IMG/VR virus record: IMGVR_UViG_3300026097_001055 | Location: 50,891-114,890 of that record | Direction: 5' to 3' (one strand) | Source: a virus | DNA length: 64,000 nt | Shown here: one piece after another, positions 32,601 to 41,516 of the stretch | Layout of the letters: each line of letters starts with the position of its first letter | How positions within the stretch are numbered: position 1 is the first letter of the stretch | Program-made: the position numbers and the translations under genes | The notes under the pieces: model-generated | Seen by the model: the letters and a program-made list of their open reading frames with translations, nothing else | Told to the model about the DNA's origin: nothing | Database searches by the model: none

Positions 32601-35600
32601 AGCTTTAGCTGACTATAATGCAAACTTAAATACAGCAGCTGATAGAAAAGAAGAAATTAATGATGATGTTAGAGAAGAAGTTATAGTAAGATTCTTAACA
32701 GAAGCTCTGGAACAAATTGTTTCAGAAGAAGGTTTGCAAACAACAGGTTCAGTAAAAGAACAAACACTTATTCAAAAGATCATTCAGAAAATAATGTTTG
32801 CTCTTAAAAAAATGTTTAGACAGGTGTTTGGTAGAACTTTAAAAATAGAAAAGCTTAAACCTACAACCAGTATAGAAGAACTTGCTAATTTATTAGTGTC
32901 TGAAAAGTTTCAAGTAAACATGGATATAGTTTCACAAACAGATGTAGTAGATTATATAAACAATGTAAATAAGATTAATGAGCAATTAAGAGATACAATA
33001 ATCAACACTAAAGATAAAGGTAAGATTGCATTACTTACAGCTATAGGAGATACTGCTCAAATGTATAAAAGTTTATTAAATACTCTAAAAGAAAATGATG
33101 ATATTGAAGGGTTAAAAATGGTATTAGAGGAAAATTATGATGGACAAACACGTATCACAGATTTACAAAAAGCAGCTAGAGAAATTAATGTAGATAAATT
33201 AACTGTATTAACTAAACTAGCTGAGGAAGAAAATGCAATAACTGAAGTTACAAGAGTTGGTCAAAATATAGTAACTATACTAGCCGGTCAAGAAATTGCT
33301 TTAGATAACATCAAAGTAAGATTAAATTATCTAAAAAATCAAAAAATAACTGATGATAAAAAATTAATCACGGAACTTAATACTTATAGAAATCATGTAA
33401 AACATGTACAAGAATTTGTAGATAATTTTGTTAAAATTGCTGATGAAATAGGCATAGAAGAAAATGATGAGATCCGAATAGAAATGGGTACTCTTTTCCT
33501 AAAAACTAAAAATAGATTAAAGGATATTAATAACATACATGAAGACATTGTACTTCCTGTTTTAAAAGATACTTGGGATATGTTTATGGGAGGTACCATA
33601 GCTGAACTTAAAGAGCAAAAGAAAAAGCTTGAAAAACTTCTTAAAACAGATGGTGCTTATAAAGCAGGAGTAGAAAGAAGCTTAAAAAATGTTAATGCTA
33701 GATTGGAAAAAACTGATATTGGTTTAGATGCTTTTAAAGAATATGCTTATGGTAAACGAGGTGATATAAATCCTATTTCATCATGGATGGAAAGTTATAT
33801 AGCTCAACAAGATCCTACAATATCTAGTTTTGCTGCATATGTAAAAATGGAATTGTCAGAAGCTCAAAATGCTGAGTATGCTAGATTTAATACCTTACGT
33901 AACAAACTAGATAAATTAGAAAAACAATTAGGTTTAAATCCATCTGATATAAATGCATATGCTAATGAATTTTTAACTGAAGATACTGTTAAAGTAAAAA
34001 ATGATCAAGATGAACTTGTAGACTTTGAAGTATATGCTATTCTTAATCCTTTTAAGAATACGGAAAATACTATGAGAGCAATGTATTCACGTATTCAAGA
34101 CATAAGAGATGCTGCTGAAAACCAAACACCCGGTGCTTTAAAAGAATTAGAAGAGCTAGAAGCTAAACTAAAATTACATAAAGCTCTTTTCTGGAATAAT
34201 GAAATGGTAGATGAGTATTATTTTACAGACATGCTTTTGTTAAATGCAGAAGGTGTGAATGGAGCTGCCTTATTAGAGCTTATATCAGAAAAACAAAAAG
34301 AAATTAGACATTTACATTCTCAAAGAAATTTTGCAGAAGATGAACTTGAGGTTAAAAAACTTTATGATGAAATCAAGCAGAAAAGATATGAAATTAGAGA
34401 ATTCTATTCTGATTACAATAATGGTGTAAAAAAAGATGAGCAAGGTTTAAAAGATGCTAAAGCTTTAAGAGAATGGAGAGAATCTAAAAATAAATACTAT
34501 GAGCTCAAACTTAAAAAAAATGATTTTGAAAAAGCCTTATTTGGATTTGAGCAAATTACTATAGCTAAGCTACAAGCTGAAGGTTATACTCAAGATGAAA
34601 TTACTGACGAGCTTGCTGATGCTAGAGAACAATGGATAAAAGAAAACACCAGAGTAGTAATTAATCAAGATTTTTATGATACTAAATCAAATATCCTTAC
34701 TGAGCTTAATGCAGTTAATGAAGAAATAGAAGAGTTCTTACAGAAAGATAAAACCTTATCAGATGTAGCATCATCTACAGTATTATATAATGGTAAGCTA
34801 TATCAAGTTACTTATTCAGAAGGTGTGTACACACTATCTAAAGAAAATGAACAAGATATAGAAATAGAAGCAGAAGCTGATACATTATTATCAGTACTAA
34901 ACATGAAGATACCTACAAAAAAAGCTTTTGATACTCAACGTGAATATATATTCCAATCTTTAATGGGTAAAAAAGATGAAAATGGAGAGTACAGAGTCAC
35001 TGAATTATCTGAAGAGCACATAGCTCTTATTAAAAAGATGCAAGAAGAGATTGAAGCAAATAAAAATCTTTTAGTTAATAACTCAGGTCTTAGCCAGAGT
35101 GAATCAAGAGAGCTACAAGATTTTTTTGAAAAAAGAAAATTAGCTCAAAAACTTACTACAAAAGAAAATAATAGATTCAAAAGTCTCTTAGCTAAAAAGA
35201 ATGACTTTAAAATACCAACAACTCTAAAAAATAAGCTTAGCATTTACACTAAAATGTTAGCTGAATTGCAGTCTAAAGAAGCTACTAGTTATTATTTAGA
35301 TACTGTAAATGACACATTTTATGACTTGCTTAACTTACATGATTTGTTAGATGGTCAAGACTTTGACTTAACTGTAGCTGAAACAATACTTTCTATACCT
35401 GTTGCTGAAGCTCTTATGGAATCAGATCCTAAGTTTAAAGAATGGTTTGAAAAAAATCATTTTATAGCAGAAGTATACATAGATGAAGAAACCGGTTATG
35501 AACAAAGATATCAACGTATAGAACCTTGGAATAAGATTGTTCCTAATGATCCGTCATACTATGAAAGTTTTGAACTAACTAATCCAGATGGTAGTACACA

Positions 35601-37884
35601 AACTATACAAGGATTACCTTCTATAGATTTCTATAATAGAGAGTTAAAAAATGAGTATAAATTAGGTTATGATCCAAAAACTGGAAAAGTTGATAATTCA
35701 GAATTTAAAGACCAAAGTGGTAATTATAAACCTAAAGATAAAACTCAGATGGAAAAAATGCGCTCTAAATATGGAGAGTATTTTCAACAATCTGAACAAG
35801 CTTGGGATCATTATCTTAATCTAGATTACTATAAAGTAATGGAAGAAGCAGGTCCTAAAGCTGAAATTCTTAAAACTCTTATAGAATATCATGAAGGTTC
35901 TCAAGAAGGTTTAGATCCTAATCAAATGATAGGAATGTATTTACCTAGATTTAGAGCAGATTTGTACCAAAACTTAACAGCAGATGATAAAGCAAACTTT
36001 ACTGATAGAATGGCTCAGATCTGGGAAAATACTCGTTCTCAGTTTAGACCACGTGTAGAAGACTACGAAGAGGGTTTTAACTTTGTAGAGTCTGTATATG
36101 CAGCTGATAAAATTGTGTATAGAACAGATAGTGAAAAAATACCTATTCAAGGTAAATATCTTTTAGATAAAGGACAAGTAAGTAGAGACATATTTGCATC
36201 TTTAGGAGCTTATGCATTATCTGCCGCTGAAAATAAAAAACTAAAAAAATCTAATCACATGGGTAGATTTTTACAAGATATTGCAAAAGCTAATACTCCA
36301 GCTACTATAACTAAAACTTTAAAAAAATCATCAATAACTGGTCAACTAGCACAAAATGCAGCTAATAAACTGAAAAGTAGTAAAGTTATTTTATCAGGTT
36401 CTGAAAACTTTAGAAGTGATACTATTGATGCAATGATAGAAACTAACTTTGAGGGTAGACAAATGAATACTGATTCTCCAATATGGCAACAAATAGTTAA
36501 GTTTACAAAACCTTTAACATCTATAGGTTCTTTTAGTTTCTTTGCTTTTGACTTACAATCAGCTGCTAAAAACTACTTAGGAGCACATGCTATGGTAGGA
36601 TTAGAATCCATTAATTCTAGATACTTTAGTTATAGATCTCACGTTCAAGCATTACCTTGGGCTCATTCAGCTATGGCCAATTTAGGAATGGAAATTTATG
36701 AAACAGAAGCTAACAGTTTAAAAGTACAAATGCTAATGGCATTTGATGCTTTTCAAGGGAGGTTTGAACAAAAGTTTGCTACTAACCCTGGTAGAAAGCT
36801 GACTAGAGATTTAGTAAACATGAATTGGACTAGTAACACTAGACAATACTTAGAGATAACCACAAATGTTGAAACTCTTGCTTCTATGTTACATCATGTA
36901 AAAGTGGAGCAGACTTTAGATAATGGAGAAGTAAAAACTATTAAATACGTAAATGCATTTGAACTAGATGAAACAACTAAAACATTAAAATTAAAAAAAG
37001 GTATAGATCCTAAATATGATGTTAATGGTGAAGAGTTTAATAAAGTAAAACTTGCAGCACAAGAACATAACAATTTTGCTCAAGGGGTTTATGCTAAGTT
37101 TGATAAAACCAGGTTAGAGAGAACCGTAATGGGTGCAATGAGTGTTAGAATGAAAAAGTTCTTTGTAAAAATGGCTATTAATAGATTTGCCTTAGAAGAA
37201 AGAACCAACCTTGCTACAGGAAGAGTAGAATCAGGATTTTATATAAAAACTGCTAAAACAATTAAACGTTTAGCGCAATCAGGATTAAGAGATTTAGCTT
37301 ATTTAGAAGCTGATGAAAAAAAAGCTTTAATACAAACTCTTGTAGACTTATTTAAAGGGTATGTTCTTTATGAGTTAATATTGTTAGGTTTATTTTTAGG
37401 ATTTGATTTTGATGATAAAGATAAATATAACAAAATGAAAGAACGTTCAGGGGCTTTACCTACACCCTTTACATCAGAAGAAGATTCTGAAGAATTCAAA
37501 GCAGGAGGTTGGATTTTAAACAATTTAACTTTACTTTTATTAAATACACATGAAGAGATAACTTTTTTCAATCCTATGGATTCTCCAATGTATGCTACAC
37601 TATCTAATTGGGGACCTGTAACAGAAAGTTCTGCAGTAGTAAATGGACTTAGTATTATTAAAGATATAAAAGATTTAGCTACTTTTCAAGGACTGGACGT
37701 TTACCAAAAAGATGTAGGTGCATTAAATGTACAGAAAAAAAATGAATACAAAATTTGGATGAAATTGTATAAACTAATAGGTCTTAAAGGTAAAATGATT
37801 GATCCTGTAACTTCTGCTAGAAATAAAATGAGCATGAGAAGACTCAGTAGAAGTGGTAAAAAAGAAGAAGAAGAAGAATTATAA
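29629..37884 (+). CDS. Giant polyvalent ejection protein: three HExxH zincin-like motifs, ART-like domain, long helical region, C-terminal hydrophobic segment
   Basis: Likely ATG start at 29629 (MSERC), about 2751 aa. HELIH 30469, HEQDH 31177, HEVSH 32488; SKVKDIVYHGT...YF...IVVFDP ART-like block at about 31310-31785; hydrophobic YVLYELILLGLFLGF near the C-terminus. Confidence 0.75.
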   Translation: MSERCILKSNPQYQNIVKIFGDNVASTLVIEFNKNIASTEMFYPKVKTLTNWISKNKTEQIARVKDLLIAEPGMTEKAIFNLLSGVITKFENSYMVTRGNLFGGGLVNKAYNEKYTYGANIRLMRKLAEEFPQHFEIIDGAKNSFTHIVKINPIKPDVSGVSQQSIGPDGQTKLFDYNVDPTTKGAQTKTSQRLQNLFENKPKVAAVDIVDKIKKNNPELRHLINKLEGLIPAGTEIILEDSTGYTTPFGTANAKYNKVTQEISIAKNALFAQSPEAVILHELIHRITSEQLILDTKATLKFDELLTQVREKIGTNRFDYALQNKDEFLVAVLMDKEFGAALSKLEGVDKKISLFEEIINFILRVINIEKTDNAYDQAVSLVNSILETINPVVSNQPVSGIKQGVSELFESNPELANEVYSALGFDSVTIPKYNINKKLSNKDGTKRLAQTNGLNITLNPVTSIQEFFDYFTGKEGGISSQQKNKVLDVLKTKGYSLDKIKKILDTKLKINTFLVLHEQDHIVNNDKDVYWKSGKDLLTSDKINIEARATINALKQLETQITPQQKQKAQQLYSQYLDTIFPDSKVKDIVYHGTGSSETIENFNRRTYFSILETASEYASWDAKNRLEYAASQDPSLTKDWKFKANVIPAIINLKDPKMLNKRPYKETEKNYPGHDGIYSENTVNPLQGSELQIVVFDPKNTYILGSKQDIQGFKEFVGTETTPSLTEEIIDNPETIFVVEADQAGNVYTEETGVTKLEAYPNVVTIITAKNFNSTESLTAAEQDSLKEDLENSLDLLEQIVTDDTDVKFVSKNMGQGLDAINSNFKDYLKARLENEHGVKSKESSVDQVNQIEEEDTIIADPKETENKQETLEEKLNPKKQETRRSTAFLMDAVKMLMDNLGMPESSVQFISANEAMSITRNAKNSYNGQPAFFYNGVVYFVDGQIDFKTALHEVSHPFVKSIRYQNETLFNELYDTVATSELGKQVIAQALADYNANLNTAADRKEEINDDVREEVIVRFLTEALEQIVSEEGLQTTGSVKEQTLIQKIIQKIMFALKKMFRQVFGRTLKIEKLKPTTSIEELANLLVSEKFQVNMDIVSQTDVVDYINNVNKINEQLRDTIINTKDKGKIALLTAIGDTAQMYKSLLNTLKENDDIEGLKMVLEENYDGQTRITDLQKAAREINVDKLTVLTKLAEEENAITEVTRVGQNIVTILAGQEIALDNIKVRLNYLKNQKITDDKKLITELNTYRNHVKHVQEFVDNFVKIADEIGIEENDEIRIEMGTLFLKTKNRLKDINNIHEDIVLPVLKDTWDMFMGGTIAELKEQKKKLEKLLKTDGAYKAGVERSLKNVNARLEKTDIGLDAFKEYAYGKRGDINPISSWMESYIAQQDPTISSFAAYVKMELSEAQNAEYARFNTLRNKLDKLEKQLGLNPSDINAYANEFLTEDTVKVKNDQDELVDFEVYAILNPFKNTENTMRAMYSRIQDIRDAAENQTPGALKELEELEAKLKLHKALFWNNEMVDEYYFTDMLLLNAEGVNGAALLELISEKQKEIRHLHSQRNFAEDELEVKKLYDEIKQKRYEIREFYSDYNNGVKKDEQGLKDAKALREWRESKNKYYELKLKKNDFEKALFGFEQITIAKLQAEGYTQDEITDELADAREQWIKENTRVVINQDFYDTKSNILTELNAVNEEIEEFLQKDKTLSDVASSTVLYNGKLYQVTYSEGVYTLSKENEQDIEIEAEADTLLSVLNMKIPTKKAFDTQREYIFQSLMGKKDENGEYRVTELSEEHIALIKKMQEEIEANKNLLVNNSGLSQSESRELQDFFEKRKLAQKLTTKENNRFKSLLAKKNDFKIPTTLKNKLSIYTKMLAELQSKEATSYYLDTVNDTFYDLLNLHDLLDGQDFDLTVAETILSIPVAEALMESDPKFKEWFEKNHFIAEVYIDEETGYEQRYQRIEPWNKIVPNDPSYYESFELTNPDGSTQTIQGLPSIDFYNRELKNEYKLGYDPKTGKVDNSEFKDQSGNYKPKDKTQMEKMRSKYGEYFQQSEQAWDHYLNLDYYKVMEEAGPKAEILKTLIEYHEGSQEGLDPNQMIGMYLPRFRADLYQNLTADDKANFTDRMAQIWENTRSQFRPRVEDYEEGFNFVESVYAADKIVYRTDSEKIPIQGKYLLDKGQVSRDIFASLGAYALSAAENKKLKKSNHMGRFLQDIAKANTPATITKTLKKSSITGQLAQNAANKLKSSKVILSGSENFRSDTIDAMIETNFEGRQMNTDSPIWQQIVKFTKPLTSIGSFSFFAFDLQSAAKNYLGAHAMVGLESINSRYFSYRSHVQALPWAHSAMANLGMEIYETEANSLKVQMLMAFDAFQGRFEQKFATNPGRKLTRDLVNMNWTSNTRQYLEITTNVETLASMLHHVKVEQTLDNGEVKTIKYVNAFELDETTKTLKLKKGIDPKYDVNGEEFNKVKLAAQEHNNFAQGVYAKFDKTRLERTVMGAMSVRMKKFFVKMAINRFALEERTNLATGRVESGFYIKTAKTIKRLAQSGLRDLAYLEADEKKALIQTLVDLFKGYVLYELILLGLFLGFDFDDKDKYNKMKERSGALPTPFTSEEDSEEFKAGGWILNNLTLLLLNTHEEITFFNPMDSPMYATLSNWGPVTESSAVVNGLSIIKDIKDLATFQGLDVYQKDVGALNVQKKNEYKIWMKLYKLIGLKGKMIDPVTSARNKMSMRRLSRSGKKEEEEEL

Positions 37885-37910
37885 GACTTTTTCAAAGAAT
37901 AATTCATAAG

Positions 37911-37947
37911 AAAAAAAAAGGGGAAGCAAATTAATGCCTCCCCTTTT
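37911..37947. terminator. Intrinsic terminator between the convergent gene blocks (stronger on minus strand)
   Basis: AAAAGGGGAAGCA-AATTAA-TGCCTCCCCTTTT. The minus-strand RNA has a G-U wobble and a 9-U tail; the plus strand has a 4-U tail. Confidence 0.85.
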
Positions 37948-37990
37948 CTGATAATCAACTAAACCTTAAACCTATGACAATTTAAGCTCT

Positions 37991-38362
37991 TTATAAAAAC
38001 TGACCTATGTCAGGTTTTCTGTAATCAGGACCTTTCATAATTTTACCATCTTCTCTATAGATAGGTTTACCATCAGATCCTAATTTACTCATATTACTTT
38101 CATGTACTTCTGTAAATACTTTTTCAATTATATCTTGCATACCATGAGCAACAATTGTTCCACATAATATATATAATTGATCTGCTAATGCATCTGCTGT
38201 TTCTACTAAATCACCTTGTTCTACAGCATCAAAATATTCTGTATTTTCTTCAGCCATTAGCTCATATCTAAGCTTATGATTAACAGATAATGTAGGTTTT
38301 TTAGATACAGGATGTGAAAAAGCATCATGAAATTCTTCTAATTTATTTAATTGTTCTTTCAT
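37991..38362 (-). CDS. MazG-like / PRA-PH-family NTP pyrophosphohydrolase
   Basis: LMAEENTEY...DALADQLY...EVHESNMSK...DGKIMKGPDY motifs. Confidence 0.85.
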   Translation of the reverse strand: MKEQLNKLEEFHDAFSHPVSKKPTLSVNHKLRYELMAEENTEYFDAVEQGDLVETADALADQLYILCGTIVAHGMQDIIEKVFTEVHESNMSKLGSDGKPIYREDGKIMKGPDYRKPDIGQFL

Positions 38363-38376
38363 ATTGTAAATTTAAG

Positions 38377-38401
38377 AAAAGTGGGGAAATAAATCCCCAC
38401 T
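38377..38401 (-). terminator. Intrinsic terminator
   Basis: Minus strand GTGGGGA-TTTATT-TCCCCAC followed by TTTTCTT. Confidence 0.75.
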
Positions 38402-38404
38402 ATA

Positions 38405-39601
38405 TTATAAAAAATCTAGTTCTTCATCATCATCTTCATCATCTTCTTCAACTGAAGCTAGTGATAAATCATTTTCTATGACTTTTTCAGTTGTTGAAAC
38501 TTCCTCCTCCTCTTCAGGATTTTCATCATGTTTCTCTTCTTCTTCTTCATCTATATCCAAAGAAAAATTAGTCTCTACATCTTTGCTATTAACATCAGAT
38601 AATTCTTGAGAAACTTCATCTTCAGTAGTTTCATCTAATAAATGATTTTCTAATTCTGTTTTTTCTTCAACTTTTTTTATATATTCTTCATCTTCAGCAG
38701 CTTGTTGAGCCATTAATTCTAAATCTTCATCATCAATATTCTGATTAATAAATTCTTCTTTAGAGTTTTCTATTTCAGCAATACTATCTTCAAGATCTAT
38801 TTGCATGGGATCTTTTTCAGTTTCTGCTTGATCTTCTTCCTCTTTAGTGTCTATAACTAAAGGTTTGGATACAGTAATTGGAGCAAGTAAATTAAATTCA
38901 TTAGTAATTATATAATGACACATTCTTTGTTCTTCTAACCATGTTTTAGGATGATTATTTTGAATAGAAAAAATTAAATGATTATAAAATGCCCATAAAG
39001 TATCAGCTCCTCCATTATAAAAGAAACCTGGTTTAATCATTTGACCTTTTACTATATTAGCCGTAGTTGATTCTAAAATACTATAATCAGCATAAAGTAT
39101 ACCTAAAAGTTCAGCTTGTTTTCTTTTAGACAACTCTATTTCTTTCATTTTATTTTTATCATCTAAAAGCTGAGTATAATAAATAGAAGCATTCTTAATT
39201 TGATTAATTATCTGTTCTTTAGCTTCAATATCTGCAGTACCTGTATGCTTTCTACTCCACGAACCTTGATCACCTAATATCATAAATGATTCATTAACGT
39301 TGGAGATAGCACCTATTACAGCTTTAAATTTAACCATTTTATTATAACTGTTGGTCCAACCAAAAGCCATTGATAATTCAGGGTCTTCTTTATGTGTTAA
39401 TTTGTATATACCTGTTGCAATTGCACCATCATGTGTTGATCTATAAGATTCTTCTTCAATAAAAAACCCATGATTATTTAATTCTTCTTTTACAGTATCA
39501 ATCACAAATTTGTGACTGATAACTGTATAAGTACTTCCGTGTTGAGGTAAAGCAACACCTTCTAAATAGCTTTTAGCTACTAAACCAATTTTTGCTGGCA
39601 T
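38405..39601 (-). CDS. DUF932/DUF945-like protein with long acidic C-terminal tail
   Basis: TYTVISH, TNSYN, RKHTG and TLWAFYN motifs; the last ~150 aa are very D/E-rich. Confidence 0.6.
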   Translation of the reverse strand: MPAKIGLVAKSYLEGVALPQHGSTYTVISHKFVIDTVKEELNNHGFFIEEESYRSTHDGAIATGIYKLTHKEDPELSMAFGWTNSYNKMVKFKAVIGAISNVNESFMILGDQGSWSRKHTGTADIEAKEQIINQIKNASIYYTQLLDDKNKMKEIELSKRKQAELLGILYADYSILESTTANIVKGQMIKPGFFYNGGADTLWAFYNHLIFSIQNNHPKTWLEEQRMCHYIITNEFNLLAPITVSKPLVIDTKEEEDQAETEKDPMQIDLEDSIAEIENSKEEFINQNIDDEDLELMAQQAAEDEEYIKKVEEKTELENHLLDETTEDEVSQELSDVNSKDVETNFSLDIDEEEEEKHDENPEEEEEVSTTEKVIENDLSLASVEEDDEDDDEELDFL

Positions 39602-39605
39602 ATTT

Positions 39606-40410
39606 TTAAAAATTTAATGATTGTTGTTTTATTCTTGGAGATAATTTATCTATCTCTTTATTTATCTTATTTATATAAAACTGAAAATTAACGTCATATT
39701 GATCAAATGGTTTTTCTACATGTTTAATATGTATTGATTGTAACCAAGATCCTGCTTCTACTTGTGATTTTCTATCATCTGAGTAATTATGTTTAATTAA
39801 TTTTACTCCTTTTTTACTAACATAATACCTGATAGTTTTTTGCAAAGGATCTTGAACTAATTCAGAACCTTTGATATATTCAGCACGATATGACCAATTT
39901 CCGTTAATCTTTTTTCCCGCACAATAATCAAATATATTGACATTAGTTTTTAAATATGTGGCTGGCTCTATGCCATGTACAAAGTAATTATAAATAGCTT
40001 CAGGTATTACTTTAAAACTCTTGTTTTTATGAAGAGGTAAATCATAATAATCAAAACTACCTTTACATTTTGTTGCACCATAATAGTACTTACCACTTTC
40101 CTCTTTATATAGGTAATGCGGATTTTCAGTTTTTATCTCATCATATACTTCTTTATCTACTTCTTTATAATTATGAACTGCAATATAGTTATTAACATCA
40201 CGCAGGATAATTTTAGAATAAGTATCATGTTCTAATTGTAAATTGGTTAATTGTTCCCATTCTTTACATATTTCATAATATGATTCTTCATATTCCCTTG
40301 GTATTTTTGTTTCTAAACCATCTGTGTTCTGCATTATAGGTATAGCACCAGGAATTCTTTCCATAATCATTTCATATAACAGTGCTAGTGATAGCTGACC
40401 GTTAATTGTG
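39606..40410 (-). CDS. polB: Family B DNA polymerase, exon 2
   Basis: (I)TINGQL...QNTDG (motif C)...DVNNYIA...KCKG; continues exon 1 in frame after splicing. Confidence 0.9.
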
Positions 40411-41516
40411 CATTTAATCCCCAAAATTTCTAAAGGGGGCGGATCATATCTTCTTGATATTTAAAATTTTTATTACCTGTGTGTTTACGCAAACCTTTAC
40501 ATACTTTTGCAATAGCTGATTCATCTAGCTTATAATAAGCTGCGGCTTCTTTTATTTAATTATACAATTGCTTATCATTTACACACACTACAGGAGAAAT
40601 ATGATTATTGATATAAATTGGAAATTCACCATCCTTTTTACATAATATCCATTTTTTCGCTGATTTTCTAATACCCATTACACAACTGTTTATTAATTGT
40701 TTAGAACAACCAATGCTTTTTGCAGCGTGTTCCTGAGTAAGAAAATAACGTATTTCATTTGTATTCAAATTCTTTCCTTTTAGTCTATGTTTACTCTTAA
40801 TTAATTTTTCAAAATTCTTATCAAAAGACATGAGCCACTTACTTAAAATAAGTGATCCATATAAAGCTGAAGGAGTTACTTGTAAATATACTGCTGCTGA
40901 ACTAATTGAAGTAAACTCAATAATTTCTGAAGTAAATATATTATACAAATAACATCTTTTAACATGAGCTGTTGTTGGTAATAGTATATGATTTGTTAAA
41001 TCATTATATTTAGCAATTAACATCTCTTCTTTTGATAATGCATTTTCTAAATCATTATAAGAATCTACAATAGTCATTATTATTTGATTACCTGCTTTCA
41101 ATTCTTTATTTATCCAATTACTTTTATGGGTATTGTTAAAATAAGATTTTGACGTGTGGTGAGATAATCTTCTTAAAGGATCTGAAGTAATACCTACATA
41201 ACGCACTTGTTTATCTTCCGTTGAAGAAAGTGTGTATACGTATATTTTATTTATCAAGCACGGTGTTTCCCAGACTATATATTTATTTAAGTCAAGTACT
41301 CTCTTGCGAGATGATCTCTGAACTCTTCCCTGTTCGGGATTCAGCTGCTGATTGTCCATTTTGTGTTATTTATTATAAATTTACAATAAACATTACACTC
41401 ATACAAACATTTTTTAAGCATTCAAGCTTAGTCATATTTCATACTTACTTTGTAGCATGTTTGTCTTTAGGATATTCCAGCAATTAACCGTGTTTATTGA
41501 GAACCACTTTTATTTA
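40411..41516 (-). mobile_element. Group I intron (IA2-like), 1106 nt, in polB
   Basis: 5' splice after U (AGG AT|), 3' splice after G (AAATG|C ACA), which restores MRITINGQ. P1 UGAGGAU/GUUCUCA with U-G pair; P AAUUGCUGGAA; Q AAUCAGCAG; R UCAGAGAUCA; S AAGAUAUGAUC; P3 CACGGU/ACCGUG; P7.1 CUC-GCAA-GAG; P7.2; P8 CUUGAUA/UAUCAAG; P9 CCCC/GGGG. Confidence 0.93.
40556..41359 (-). CDS. Intron-encoded GIY-YIG homing endonuclease with NUMOD1-like repeats, truncated by an in-frame TAA
   Basis: YVY...YVGIT...RRLSHH...E GIY-YIG domain; F-x-S-I-x-x-A-A type repeats. The frame continues past TAA 40556-40558 to TAG 40430. True start uncertain (ATG 41359 or TTG 41257). Confidence 0.8.
   Translation of the reverse strand: MDNQQLNPEQGRVQRSSRKRVLDLNKYIVWETPCLINKIYVYTLSSTEDKQVRYVGITSDPLRRLSHHTSKSYFNNTHKSNWINKELKAGNQIIMTIVDSYNDLENALSKEEMLIAKYNDLTNHILLPTTAHVKRCYLYNIFTSEIIEFTSISSAAVYLQVTPSALYGSLILSKWLMSFDKNFEKLIKSKHRLKGKNLNTNEIRYFLTQEHAAKSIGCSKQLINSCVMGIRKSAKKWILCKKDGEFPIYINNHISPVVCVNDKQLYN

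Noticed and set aside
3466-37958. Short minus-strand ORFs (60-117 aa) inside or overlapping the giant plus-strand genes
   Set aside because: Antisense shadows of biased codon usage (S/L/F/I-rich, no motifs).
38367-38374. TAAATTTA as a leaderless promoter for the MazG-like gene
   Set aside because: Imperfect match in AT-rich DNA with no -33 element; too weak to list.
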